DNA of 64,000 bases from Rhynchobatus australiae (taxonomy: Eukaryota). The notes below the pieces were generated by a model, which saw only the letters and a list, made by a program, of their open reading frames with translations, made no database searches and had not been told where the DNA came from. The DNA lies in assembly GCA_034780895.1 (NCBI GenBank), contig JAUZTB010000107.1, forward strand, positions 92,795,102 through 92,859,101, written 5' to 3'. The translations under genes were made by a program, and so were the position numbers. This document shows positions 1-12,735 of this stretch, one piece after another (the stretch's first letter is position 1; every line of letters starts with the position of its first letter).

Positions 1-269
1 TCAGAGTCAAAATGTGCAGATGCCCTGAATGTAAAGCATGTGTTTAAGAAATCAGCAGCAAAAACACTTGGGTTTAATGGGGTCACAACTGGCTTCGAGA
101 AGGAAGTTGCAAAAAAAGCACAACATCTGTGACAGAATGAAAAGATGCACAAATATCAAGGATGGCTGGCAGCATGGTACTTCCTTGTTACTTTTTTGGT
201 GAACTGTACATATGTACAGTGCAGGAATATGGCAAAGTCTTAAAGCAGAGCTGTGGGCACCTGAGAGAT

Positions 270-535
270 GACATAAAATAGGATTAGTGGATAACTTAGG
301 GACAAAGAACACAAATTAAAAACTTTGGGCAAAGATACAAGAAGGATGTGAGTAAAAGCCTACTTTTAAAAAAAGTTCACTGCCTGCAAAGGTGGTTGAA
401 ACAGAAATTTCTCCGAAGGAGGATAGGCACTTGATGGAAAGTAATTTGAAGAATGGGGAAATCTGATCGAGGTGCTTGTTCTTTTTAGAACCTGCACAGA
501 GTCAGTGGGTTGAATGGCTCTTCTATATCAAAACG
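270..535 (+). mobile_element. CR1-type LINE 3' end fragment, heavily decayed
   Basis: Order of motifs CACTGCCTGCAAAGGTGGTTGAA ... GGATAGGCACTTG ... GGGTTGAATGGCTCTTCT matches the CR1 ORF2 C-terminus/3' UTR pattern seen in less decayed copies here (2550-2730, 46935-47205). Confidence 0.6.
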
Positions 536-913
536 ATCTTATGAATATAGCTTTTAACCACAGAGGAGGACCATTATCACAGATATCCAAATGAATAGCA
601 ACATGCCAATGTCCTGGAGAAATGCATGCAAAGGTACCTGCACATTCATAACTTAAAAGGCTAGATACACAGGATGTTTGAAAATATTACAATATCCTGG
701 AGACCAATAGCTTAAATACCGCAACTAGTAGAAGTGATAGACAAGACAGAATTCCAAAATAGTTCTTATTAAATCTTTTTTTTAATATTAGCACTGAAAT
801 AGATTAATTGTTTCTGGTGAGCACAGTTTTATGAGTCAATCATAGATAATGCATTTCAAACAATACATGAACAGCTAGGAAGAAAACCACAGAAGAAATG
901 TGAATGTTAAGTT

Positions 914-968
914 AATAGAACATAGAACATAGAACATTACAGCACAGTACACGCCCTTTAGCTCACAG
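914..968 (-). mobile_element. CR1 LINE 3' tail with (ATAGAAC)3 microsatellite
   Basis: ATAGAAC x3 then ATTACAGCACAGTACACGCCCTTTAGCTCACA; same tail at 44594 and 49493. Confidence 0.7.
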
Positions 969-1854
969 GTTTAATATTTTTCCTCATTATTTTAGTATCA
1001 TTGCACAGCTTATTTCACATAGAGTTAGGAAGCCCAGTAAAAGAGGTTGAACTTTGTGCTGCCATGTTTTATCTTTGCTCCAGTGGGAACAGGTCTGCGG
1101 GTTTAAGTTAAAGCCGCACATTTTTCTCCAAGCTTCAGTGTACAATGTGCCGTCACTGGTTGAAAGCCAATTATCTGAAATGATTAATAATTAATTTCAA
1201 TACTGCAACACAGGTGTGTTCATGCCTACTGCTGAATAACAAGCAAAGTTTGATGAATTGGGTTGGGTTGAGAAGGACAGAGAAAGGTGGTGCAGCATTC
1301 AAGCACTGCCACGTTCTTGAGATAAAGACATCTGAGGGAATGCTCCTGACTGTGTGTATGATTGAAATAAGGTGTGAAAGGGTTAGAATAATGGTGAGGT
1401 AGATTGTAAAATACTTTGAACAGAAGATGAATGAGCACAACATGACAATGACGTGGCTGAATTAGAAATGAGGGCGAGAAACAAGATAACAGGACCTGCA
1501 GTCAGTGCTGAAATGATATGATATTGAAGGTTTAAAAGTGACTTTCAGCATCTCAGTGATTCTTTCCTAATGGAAAAAAATAACCAAGTGATAAAGTCAA
1601 TAAGGACCATAGGCAAGAAATGCCAGGAAGGAATATACAAGGCTACTGAATAAGATTAGCTGTTACACTGTTTACAGTTATATCACCAGCCATGCACATT
1701 ACAATGATTTTTTTATAACAAAATATGCCTTTCCATTCAAAATTGTTTAATACGGATGGTGCTGAAGTGAACACAACAGCTGCTATGGTTTTAACATTGG
1801 TCTCAGGAAGCTAGTAATCCAACTAGTGTGTGTCAGCACATACTTGGCAGTACT

Positions 1855-2735
1855 GTGAACGGCAAAGAGGATGGTGACAGATTGGAGGCTGGTGGAATGG
1901 GCAGAAAGATGGCGGATGATATTTGATGGAGAGTAATGTGAAGTGAAGTATGTGGTAGGAAAATTGAGACAAGGCAATATAGAATGAAGGATAAGATTCT
2001 AGAAAGGATGCAAGGACAGAGGGACCTGGAGGTATATGTGTACAAGTCAATGAAAGTGCCGGGATTGGTTAAGCAAATGGTTAATAAAGCACTTACAACT
2101 CTGGGCTTCATCAATAGAAGCACAGAATGTAAAAGCAGGGATGTTATAATAAATGGTCTTAAGATACGGTTGCCATGGATGGGTTAGGTTAGGTCATAAG
2201 AGCTCATTTCTGTGCTGTATGTTTCTGTGAACAATGTTTCATTCTGCTCACCAGTCATAGGAAGGATGTGAAGGAATTAGAGAGGATCCAGGAAAGATTT
2301 AAGGGAATGGTTCTTGGGTCAGGGACTACAATTATAAGGATAGGTTACAGAGGCTGGGAATGTTTTCTTTGGTAAACAGTAGGCTAAGGGGAGATTTGAT
2401 AGAAATATATAAAATAATGAGAGGTATAGACAAAGTGGATAGTGGAGGCAGTATCTTTTGATGGAATAGTCAAGGACCAGAGGCCATAGGTATAAATAGG
2501 TAAGAGAATTAAGTTGCAAGTTAAAAGAAGTTTACATAGCATGTGGAATGTAGAATGCACTCCCTGAAGATGTGGTGGAGGTAGTTTTCACTGTGGCCCT
2601 CAATGGGGAACTGGATAAATCCACGATGGAGAAAACCTTGCAAGTCAGTGAAGAAAGGGCCAATGGTGGAAGAATAAAGTTGCTCTGGTAAAGAGTTGGC
2701 ACAGACTGAATGGCCTCCTTCTGTGCTAACATTCT
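1855..2735 (+). mobile_element. CR1-type LINE ORF2 (RT C-terminal half) plus 3' UTR, frameshifted
   Basis: ORF 1984-2187 gives QRDLEVYVYKSMKV...VNKA...LGFINRSTECKSRDV (CR1 'RDLGV...LGFI.R.IEYKS'); upstream WAERWRM-type coding; tail GACTGAATGGCCTCCTTCTGTGCT. A second short CR1 tail is nested at about 2151-2230. Confidence 0.85.
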
Positions 2736-2904
2736 TTGTTCCTGGGAAAGTTTTTGGCATTAAACTTACTCCACAATAGCAGGCAGATTGCTTCATGTTC
2801 ATGAGAGAGCACATACATATCTTGGTCATTGTGCTTGGTTTGCATTCAGTAATTGTAACAAAGGTGATGCAATCAATGAATTTGCTACTGCAAACAGTTC
2901 AGCC

Positions 2905-3297
2905 TGATTCAGATGGATTGTAGGTTCAAGTCCTACTCTAACTTGAGAACTAAATTTAGGTGAACAAATGAGAACAGTATTGAGGGAGTACGGCTCTGAC
3001 AAAGCTGGTGTCTTTGAGATGGGATATTTAACCAAGGCTCTGCCTGCCCCTTAAATGTGGATGTAAAAGTTCTGCATTGCTCTGTTCTGTAAAAGGGAAG
3101 GAGAATCTTGTCCGACCTTTATTCCTCAGCCAGCATTACTGACAAAGACTATCTGGTCATTCTTAGCTTGCCGTATATGGGGCTTTGCTATGCCTAAGAA
3201 GCCTGCTGCATTTTTTACATTACAATAGTAATTGCACTTCAAAGTAAATCATTGGCAGCAAAACATAAAAGCTACCATATAAATCCAAGTCTTTCTG
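2905..3297 (+). mobile_element. Deu-domain SINE (SacSINE1-like), decayed
   Basis: tRNA-like head with B-box GGTTCAAGTCC, central GTGGATGTAAAA/TTTATTCCTCAGCCAGCAT block, tail CTACCATATAAATCCAAGTCTTTCT. Family name from recall. Confidence 0.7.
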
Positions 3298-3404
3298 AGA
3301 CTGTCAAATGTGCTTTATAAAAGTGAATCATTCTTTCTTTCAAGATTACAAAATGGCCTTGGTGAAAGTTTGGCTGCAGCCCTACCACATACTTCCTAGA
3401 TCTA

Positions 3405-4502
3405 AAAGCTCAGCATTCAACACCATCATTACCTCAGTACCAATCAACAAGCTTCAAAACCTGGGCCTCTGTACCTCCCTCTGCAACTGGATCCTCAACT
3501 TCCTTATCAGAAGACCACAGTCAGTGCGGATCAGTAGTAACATCTCCTCCTCACTAACAATCAACACAGGTGCACCTCAAGAATGCTTGCTTAGCCTACT
3601 GCTCCACTCTCTCTACGCTCATTACTGTGTGGCCAAGCACAGCTCAAACGCCATCTATAAATTTGCCGATGACACCACTGTTGTTGGCAGAATCTCAAAT
3701 GGCAATGAGGAGGCGTACAGAAGTGAGATAGATCAGTTGGTTGAGAGGTGTCACAAGAACAACCTCACCCCCAACATCAGCAAGACCAAGGAATTGATTG
3801 TGGACTTCAGGAATGGGAAGTTGGGAGTACACAAACCAGTTTTCATTGAGGGGTCAGCAGTGGAAAGGGTGAGTAGCTTCAAGTTCCTGGGTGTCAACAT
3901 CTTGGAGGCTCTATCCTGGGCCCAACACATTGATGTAAACATGAAAAAGGCATGCCAGTAGCTCTACTTCATTAGGAGTTTGAGGAGATTTGGTATATTA
4001 CCAAAGACTTTTGCAAATTTCTGTTGATGTTAGGTGGAGAACATTCTGACTGGTTGCATCATGGCCGATATGGAGTATGGAGGCTCCAATGCACAGGATT
4101 GCATGAGGCTGCGGAGGGTTGTAGACTCATACAGCTCCATCAGAGGCACAACCCTCCCTATCATCGAGGACATCTTCAAGAGGCGGTGCCTCAAGAAGGT
4201 AGCATCTATCACAAAGGATCTTCACCATCCAGGATATGGCCTCTTCTCATTATTACCATTGGGGAGGAGTACAAGAGCCTGAAGACCCACACTCAATGCT
4301 TCAGGAGCAGCTTCTTCCCCTCCACCATCTGATTTCTGAATGGTCCATGAACCCATGAACCCTACCTCATTATTCCTTTTGTTTTTGCACTATTTATTTA
4401 TTTTGTAATTTATTGTAATTTTATGTCCCTGCATTGTAATGCTGCTGCAAGACGACAAATTTCATGTCATATAAGTCAATGATAATAAGCCTGATTCTGA
4501 TG
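3405..4502 (+). mobile_element. Rex1/Babar-clade LINE, 5'-truncated RT fragment with 3' UTR (pseudogenised)
   Basis: ORF 3308-3961: SSAFNTII...[17 protein letters not shown]...TGAPQ.CLLS.LL.SLY.H.C...[10 protein letters not shown]...[10 protein letters not shown]...FKFLGV, characteristic of Rex1/Babar RT. Premature TAG at 3959, continuation in 4034-4282 (ILTGCI...I..D..HPG..LF.LLP.GR), AT-rich tail ending AATAAGCCTGATTCTGA. Confidence 0.92.
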
Positions 4503-5894
4503 ATGGAGCTCAGCAGACCTAATACATAATGGAAAGGAGGAACACATTTTTAAAAAGGAGTAAAAATATTGGGGATTAATTTTACTTCCTTCAAACAGAG
4601 ACAGTGCATGAGAAGGGTTACAATTCATTGTGATACCATTCGTCCCAGGTAACATCACTCTTTGTCAATTATGATGTGAGCTGACAGCAGGTAGTCCAAG
4701 GAATAAGGAGAATCTAAAAGTCATAACCCAGTGATCTAGTCTGTGCTACTGTATGATTTTTAATGAGAACTCAGGATGGAGTAGGGCTGCCCAGCGTTAA
4801 ACTTGCCAGAGGACCTTCTCCATGCTGGCTTTTCCTCTTCCTTCCACTGCTGAGAACAACCTCATCAGCACTTAACTTAAGCCAGGGATCATTCATTTGG
4901 AATCCTCTCGAATTCCTGTTTCCACTTGTCAGCTTTGACAATATTTCTGCTGGATTTATCTCATTGAATTCAAATACGCTAACATTAAAAGAAGGCTGGA
5001 TTCACCTCGCTTCCTTCAGAACAGGTGGGTGTGCTGTCTGCACAGGTGTCCCCACCCACCTGTCTTCGCTCCCTTTAAAATCTTGCCAATTAAATCAATA
5101 TAATGCCTCAAACCCATTATTGCTGAATAACTGATGGTAATTTTTAGGGCAAATAAATTCTAGATGCAAAAACTTCAATCTTCAAATCAGGTCAGAGAAG
5201 AACAAAACTTAAGATGTCAGTTTATTTTTCTTAATTTCAACCTGGATTCATTACAATTTTGGAGAAAGGTGACTTTAAGTGAAAGGGTTTAAGAACATGT
5301 TACAACAGGAATTCTTCACATGCAAAATATATGATGCTTCTCCTTTTCAATAATTTCAAAATACCATTTTTGTATTTTTAAATTACTTTGAAATAGGATG
5401 TTAGCTGTTTAAGAGGATCATTATATTTTAACTCCTGGAAGCAAATGTTAGGTACTTTGGGAACTGAGACTAACACTTGAAGGTAGAGCTAGGTCTTGAC
5501 TGATGAAACTTCAAATTGAGTAAAACAATTTAGCAGAGAAATTAGTTATTGAGTTAAGAGATCGTCAGATGGGAAACAAATTGAAAGTTCTGAATCGATG
5601 GTAAACTGACTGCTATCTGCTCCTTGAATGCTAGTTATTCACTTTAATAAAGGATAAATGAGTTTTGCATCTATGATCAGCAGCCCTCCTCTTCATTCTA
5701 ACTGGTGCTCAATTAAGTCATTGTTGGACTAATGGAATGACTATTTTGTCATTACTTACTGTGCTTAATGCTGCTCAGTGACCCCTCAGTCCTGAGAAAT
5801 GTTCATCAAAAACATCTGTAACTTTACTTTTAAAATATTAATAAAATGTTTGCAAGTAAAATGGAATGAAGGCTTTGTGGAATATGATCTCCCA

Positions 5895-6270
5895 AAATTA
5901 ACTGGCAGAACTCAGGTGGGCACATCACCAGACACTGATGGAATATACAAACAACTGCTGAAAGAACTCGGAGAGCAGACAGCAGAGGCCCTGTCCAATG
6001 TTTTACTGGGTGTTGAATATGCATACGGTGCTGTGTCGTCACAGGGGAGCTGACGTAGTACCTTTGTTCACAAACAGAAAGAAGAAGAATTGGAGTAACT
6101 GTGGATCATTTAATCTAGGCACTGCCATGAAAAAAACTCTTGGAATTGTTAACTCAAGATCAAAACAATAAGCATTTAGAAGCTTATAGCTAACCGAGAA
6201 CATCCAGCATGGATTTGCCAAAGGCAAGACATGTTTGACAAATTTAGTAGAAATCTTTTGAAGAAATAGT
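5895..6270 (+). mobile_element. CR1-type LINE RT N-terminal fragment, decayed
   Basis: TSPDTDGIYKQLLKEL (cf. SPGPDGI.PR.LKE), later CAGCATGGATTT (QHGF) and TGTTTGACAAATTTA (CLTNL). Confidence 0.75.
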
Positions 6271-6834
6271 CAATGATTTAAAAGGAATAAGCAATACTTA
6301 GTTAATGTGAATTATGAGTTTAACTCCCAATACAGCAGATTAAATAAATTCAATCAGTTTGGTATTCTGTGAGTTGACATCAGCTAAAAGGACATTGGAT
6401 TGTTTGAAAAAAAATCACTAGTTTTTTTTGGGAAGAGTCCTAATAATGGGATTTTGCCTGGTCTATCATAGGCTGATAACATTCCAAGAACAATGAACAA
6501 AGCTTTGCCAATGCCATTCATGCCTCAAGAATGCATGAAACCAATGACGGGTTGAAAGTGTTGAACACAAACAAAGGGTGTTGTTTTCATAAATAATTAG
6601 GTGCAGGGAATAAATTCCAATAATTAATAGTGACAAAACATTGGAAGTTTAGCAAACAGTAAGAAAGATTATTAAACCCTTCTGGAAAATTCTGGGATGT
6701 TGTCAGATCCAATTTAATGTGGAAAGCACTGAATTATGTGATGAACAAAAAGATGTAGAGATTCACAAACAAGATAAATTGTCTGTCAACAGCAAATACA
6801 TATAAAATCTATTAAGTCATCCTCTCAGCCCTGG

Positions 6835-6950
6835 AGTATCAACCTGAAGCTTTAAGCTTGTTTTCACCTTTCACAAAGGCTACCTGACCTGCTGCTTGTT
6901 TCCAGCATTTTCTGTTTCAGATTTTTAACATCCATGGTGTTTTGCTTCTG
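6835..6950. mobile_element. Penelope-type terminal repeat remnant (single arm)
   Basis: ACCTGAAGC...GGCTACCTGACCTGCTG...TTTCCAGCATTTTCTGTTTCAGATTT; related to 33860-33960 and 47420-47540. Confidence 0.6.
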
Positions 6951-7389
6951 TGTTCATGCTGTGGCCTGTTTTAGTTTATCTCAGGGAGTAATTGAGGAAA
7001 ATGACCCTTTAAAGGAAGACACAATCATGATTTGAAGACGATGCAGGGGAATGGGCAGAGCAGTGGATTAAATGTGGATGTCTCTGACAAGAATTAGCAC
7101 AGTCGCAGTGGCACTAAGTGGCCTTACTATGTATTATTAATACCCAAGTCAGGTGAAATACCAAAACAGATACGAACCTAATGTATCAAAATGGATTATA
7201 GGAAGTGCGTAGATAGAGATAGGGCACAAATTATTTGTCTCATCTTGTGTTTTAGCTGCTCCCTTAGATAATCTTGACCTGCAGCAAATACCACATTGCA
7301 TAAAGGAGGGAGCATGATGTACATTTTCTGGCACTCATGCATTCTGTCTTTGAAATGTGAACAAATCCTTTTTCATGACGTACAATGGT

Positions 7390-8525
7390 GTTAGTCAGTT
7401 TGACACGGATTTCCACATGATAACAGACCTCAATCAAATTCTTAGAGGAGGCATCAGATATGATGGATTGGAGAGATGTATCAGTTGTATGTCACGACTT
7501 TCAAAAAGCATTTGACAAAGCAGCAGATGAGAGACTATTGTGAAAGGCTAAGTGTTATACAGTTAGGGGAGGGAAAGAAAATTGAATTAAAAGCTGATTA
7601 TAGGTGAAGAAAGAGAAAGTAAGAGGCAGAATAAATCATTCTGAAAAGCAAGAAAAGCTCAAGGCAACGTTGATAAGAATGGTGGAATGGACAAAAATAA
7701 GTGGAAGATAGAATTCAGTGTCAGAGAATGTGAAGTGTTACATTTTGGTAAAGAAAGAGGAAATAATAATCATAATCTGAATGGGAAAAGCTGACTGATG
7801 TGGAAGATTAGAGAGATTTAGGGGTTTAGGTCCATGAGACATTGAAAACAGCAACTCAACGTGCATAAAGCCATAAAAAATCTAATGGAATACTGGATTT
7901 TATGACATGGGGTATGGAATGTAAAAGTTGAAATGTAATGGTGAATCTGTATAAAATCTTAGTGTGATCACAGTTGGAATGCTGTGAACAATTTATGCTT
8001 CCTCGCTAAAAGAAGGAGGTTGAGTGCTAGAGAAAGTACAGTTTGTAATCACTTGGATACCACCTGGTTTTATAAGGTTTGTTCGCTGGTGCAATAAGAT
8101 ATAAATGCAGATAAATATTTGGACATTTGGAGCTATTTTCATTGGAACAGAGTTGATTGTAATTTAGAATTTCTTTCAAACTACAAAAGGAGTGAACAGC
8201 TAATTTCAATAATTGAAGTTTCCAGAACAAGAGAACACACAAACTAGAATAAACACGAGAATTAGAAAAGAGAACAGGAGAGTCATTTTATTCACAGAAT
8301 TGTAAGGCTGTGGAATGTATGAGCAAGGTTAATGAATGAATCAGAGACCATGTCATGATTTAAGAATGTTAGGTGATTAATTAATGGAAAGTAGGATAAA
8401 GGAATATTGGAGCTGAGTAGGCAGAAGGGATTAGGTCAATTGCTCCAACAGAAAATAAATACCAACATAGGCTAGTTAGGACATATGACTGGCTGGTGCA
8501 TTGTAATTTCCATTTATTTCTGTAT
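7390..8525 (+). mobile_element. Old CR1-type LINE RT-to-tail fragment with deletions
   Basis: GACTTTCAAAAAGCATTTGACAAA (DFQKAFDK), TGTGAAGTGTTACATTTTGGT (CEVLHFG), AGAGATTTAGGGGTT (RDLGV), CTGTATAAAATCTTAGTG (LYKILV), many stops. Confidence 0.75.
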
Positions 8526-10634
8526 CCTGGGATGACCAACCTTTATGACATTGAAAACTTTAAATGAGCTCAGAATAAATGGAAACCTTTTCTTCCTGAG
8601 CAATTAGCTACAGTTTTGTTTGTGCTGAAGAAAGTATCAGATGCAAAGATCTGCTCAAATCAATTACTCCTTTTACTATAAATGAGCTGAAGCCATTGAG
8701 AGCCAGTGGCAACACTCTTGCCCCATAGAAGAGTGAGGGTTCAAGCTCTATTCTAAACTTTGAGCAAAAAAAATCAAGGCTGGTAGTTCAGCGTAGAACT
8801 AGAAAATATGAATCAGTGGCCCCTCCACTTGCAACCCTCCACCACAACCCTCCAATGCTTCATCTACAAATTTGCTGGGCTCTTCTGAAATTAGCACAAT
8901 AGTGGGCCCTTAGAGTAAAATTCACTCTCCTGGCAAGAGACTAACTACTGCATCTCATTGATTGTCATCAAACACTTAAATACGTTTTCTAGAATCTTGA
9001 ATCATATAAAAGTTGCTATCATTCCAAGATGAAACTATTAGTCACCTGAAAATTTGATTTGAACAGAGCAAACTGTGCTTTATAGAAGCAAAATGAGCTT
9101 CTGCTAACTGTAACAGGGTATTGGGTGGGAGGGAGGACGGGAAGAATGGGAGAAATAAAAGAAAATACTTAGATATTTGCTAGATTTGCTCTAGTTTTTT
9201 GTTCACAAGATGATGCCATGCTTGGAATATAAAGACTGACAGAGGTTACTCTGATTATTATGTACAGGGAACAACGAAGTGATGGATAGATTGTCACAGT
9301 TACCATCTCAGTACTAACTACTGGGACACAATTTATCTGCACTAATGTTTAAATAAATTACTGAAGCTCATTCATAAAATTTTATGGCAAGGAGTTGGCT
9401 GGCTTATGTTTCCATTATGCTTTACTGTCAAAACGTGGCTTTTGGACAAGCAGAAAAATCCCCCAACTGTTGGAAATATGAAATAAAAATAGCAAATTTG
9501 TCAGCATCTATAAAAAGACAATTAACAGAGCAGGAAAAACTAGAGATTTGAATATATGCAAAGCCATTTCTAATCTTAAGTAAAACCAGTTGAGAGAGGA
9601 TTTTGGAAAAATTATTTTCTTGTGTACATTTGTGATTGTGGTACTGTTCAGATGATACACGTATATTATGACCTCAACAGAATGTCTTGGATACTCTCTT
9701 TGATTGAAAAGTAGAATTAGGACCAGGCACAGAGTAAGGAGACTTCATGAGCAACCTTGCAGGAGAATAAAAGATGTGAGTCTCATTCCAATTTTACCCG
9801 ATGAAGTGTGGAAAAGCCTAGCTTTTGCTCAATTGCTTCTTCTTGCTCTCTTCCAAATAATATTATTATATCATGCAATGTACAAAATGCAGACAGAAGC
9901 AATCATAAAATTAAATACCATAGATTTGTTAAACTCACACACCAAATGACTGCAGTTTCTCAATCAATTGTTTGTGTTTTCAGCCAACTACTTTAAAAGC
10001 AGAATTAAGCTCCATACCAGATTCCATGCAAACTATTCTGTTCTTTTTCTTACAATACTCCACTTGAACAGACAAACAAAGTTGCAGCCTCAATAATTTT
10101 ATCGCAGTTGTTCCAGTGCTATGCTATGCCTACAGAATGCTAACGTCAATGAATATATTCACAGCTATCTTGATTGAAGAAAACTGCTTATGGTTCAAAG
10201 GATATTCCTTCTGTGTTTAGGTGGGTAGAAAAAGTGACAGAAGTAAACAAATAGATCTTGATGGATCATAATATTGGCCAGGATTCTGTGCATCAGGAAT
10301 ACAAGGATAACACAATGCAACACTTATTGAAGACAAAACAGCGTTGTTGCAGTTGATAAAATATAATTTCCTCAATGCCAGCCATTATGCTTTTTGTAGA
10401 TGTAAACTAAATGAGATGTCTGAAGCACTGATCCTCTGTATTGCAGAAGCTGCCAATGGAATACATTATTGTCTCTTAATCCCATCATTTATTTGTGATA
10501 GATTATCCCAGTGTTCCCATTCTACTGTTGGACTGCCTTATGTACTTTTTAAAAGGCAGATGTTTTCTTGTTTTTTTGAAAAGTAATTTTGAAGAATTCC
10601 AAATGTAAATGATCATTTTATCATCATCTATCAT

Positions 10635-11180
10635 GCTGGCTTAGTTCAATGAGTAGCACTCCAACCTCTGAGTCAAAAGATTCAGAGTTCACCTCCTGTC
10701 CCAGAAGCTCAAGCACAGACCTGGTGCCCTATTGAGTGAATGCCACATCCATTATTAGACATTTAATGAATCCCATTTACTTTTTGAAGTGGATGTAGAA
10801 AATCTGATGACACTTCTTTGAAGAAGTACAACAGAGTCATCCATGTGTCTTGGAACATATTTATTCCTCCTTCAATGGACCAGTTGTGATTGATTCAACT
10901 TGTTGCCTACACTAGGATCCCACACTAATACAATGGCTACACTTATCTACTGCAATCCCTGTAGAATGGGCTGTTCTGGAGGCCTCCACTTCTCGACCCT
11001 TCTGTGAGGCAAAGTGGGCCATAGCTGGTCAATAGACCTCAGGTAGTGGAACTGGACGGCCAGCCCCCAGCAAGCCTGATGGTGCTTGATAGCTTGTTGC
11101 TTCTTCTTACATTACAACATGAAATATTTCACCATGTTGTAGCTATTAAGCACTTTGGGATAACTTGAAAGGCTCCCTTT
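10635..11180 (+). mobile_element. Deu-domain SINE, decayed and interrupted by unrelated sequence (~10950-11090)
   Basis: Head AGTAGCACTCCAACCTCTGAGTCAAAAGATT, GTGGATGTAGAAAATC, TTTATTCCTC, tail AAGCACTTTGGGA...GAAAGG. Confidence 0.6.
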
Positions 11181-11360
11181 ATTTATTTGTGTACAAGACG
11201 TAGACGTTGTTGGCAATGCCAGCATTAATTGTCCATCCTTAATTGAGGTGGGTGCATTCAAGTAGTTAAGACTCCACCACAATCATGGCTTTGGACTTGT
11301 GCACAAGCCAGATCAGGAAGGGTGGTAATTTTCCTTCCCTAAAAGGCATCAGTATAACAC
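11180..11360 (-). mobile_element. SINE/LINE 3' fragment of the family seen at 55270-55630
   Basis: GGCAATGCCAGCATTAATTGTCCATCCTTAATTG and TTTCCTTCCCTAAAAGGCATCAGT resemble, reverse-complemented, the 3' half of the element at 55270-55630. Confidence 0.6.
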
Positions 11361-12650
11361 ACTACTCTTAAAATGTAACATCTCCCAAGTGCTTGAGCTT
11401 TACTAATCTGTTGAGAAGAGGGAACGTGCGTTTAATGCAGGGAAACATGATGATTGGGCTGCATCAGGAATGTTAGATTTGGCCAGGGTCTTTATTGCTT
11501 TTCAGGTGCAGTGACATTTATTCCTTTCCACTCCTACAGTCAGCATTCCAGTGAGTTAATGGAATGCCAGGGTAGAGTGGTCACTACCCACTTGTACATG
11601 GGGAGCTCCTATTCTGAGAAGTATATCAGGAGAAAGTACAGAATACCCAGAACAGATTGGAAACAGATCAGCCAGCCATGAATTAATTCATTGGTTATCG
11701 TGCAGTCTGCTTGACTTCCCTAATGAAACTTGCCACATCTTGGGAAGATGAGAAGGAATGTGATTATGTGTAAGAGCAAGAAAGATAAAAACATTAACCA
11801 CTGGGATGAAAACCATGGTAATGAAGGAGAGAATAAAAACACATATAAATAAAGAGCTGTTGGTGTGGACAACTTGTGACAGATGGTACCATCAGAGAAT
11901 GACAATCTAACATCATCCCCTGTCACTTGTTAACAGTCATGCCCTATTAACTACAATTAGACCCAAGTGTGTCAGTGTTTTATCAGTCAGCTTTCAAATT
12001 CATTACAGCTTAAATTCCATTAAAAGAAACTCTGACTTTTCAAATCCTCAAGCACTCNNNNNNNNNNCAAGACAAACAGGAAAAGTGGTGGTGAATGCAC
12101 CCACCTCAAATAGGCAGGAGATTCATTAAAATAATCAAAAAAGCTATGAATATTTCACATATGATTTATGGATATAGGGTGCTCAATTATGTTTATGCTC
12201 AGAAATAATGGACATCCAGATTTATTAGGAAATCACTTGTGAGTATTACTTAAACTGCAAAGTAAATTGATTCTGTGTTTTAAGAATAATTTCTTGGCAA
12301 TTTTTCTGGATATTTTCTGCTGCCAAGTGGGTTCTCGTGAGTCTTTTTGCTTGCTGTCCAGATATCTACTTTGCCACTCACAACACTGGACCCACAGGCA
12401 TCCTCTACCTGCTCCCTTATAGAGGAAATGGAGGTCAACAGAGCTAGGGTTAGCGGCTCTGTGTCTATCTTCCAGCAACTACCCACAACTATAAACAGGG
12501 GGACCCTTGTTTCATTTTGGTGGAGAATTAATATGTCTAGAGACTTCTGGTAAGCAAGAAAGCTAAGTTAACAGCACAGAAATGAGATTTGTTGGTTTTA
12601 TTCCTGGAAGAACAGCAGGTAGAAATTCATGGAAGAATGCCCCACCAGAG

Positions 12651-12735
12651 TGATTGACAGCTAGCGTGGCCTGATTGGCTGAATCTACATCATCCTGCCA
12701 GATGCCAATGACAAGATTAGCCTGGCTAGCATTGG
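12651..12735. promoter_or_regulatory. Candidate promoter module: Pbx-Prep/Meis decamer plus CCAAT boxes
   Basis: TGATTGACAG at 12651-12660, Y-box CTGATTGGCT at 12671-12680, CCAAT at 12705-12709, ATTGG at 12731-12735, in non-repeat sequence. Motif evidence only. Confidence 0.4.

Noticed and set aside
3308-3961. 217-aa ORF as a functional reverse transcriptase gene (retron- or DGR-like system)
   Set aside because: It is a 5'-truncated Rex1/Babar LINE; the ORF start lies in flanking DNA, the PQG motif is mutated and a stop truncates it.
9651-9774. Coding exon ending at GAT|GTGAGT
   Set aside because: All three frames are closed from the candidate acceptor; at most non-coding.
11459-11475. miR-217-like CTGCATCAGGAA (similar at about 10289 and 61874)
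   Set aside because: Only 11-13 nt match; the 3' half of the mature sequence and a precursor hairpin are absent. No known miRNA was recognised by eye elsewhere, though this was not exhaustive.
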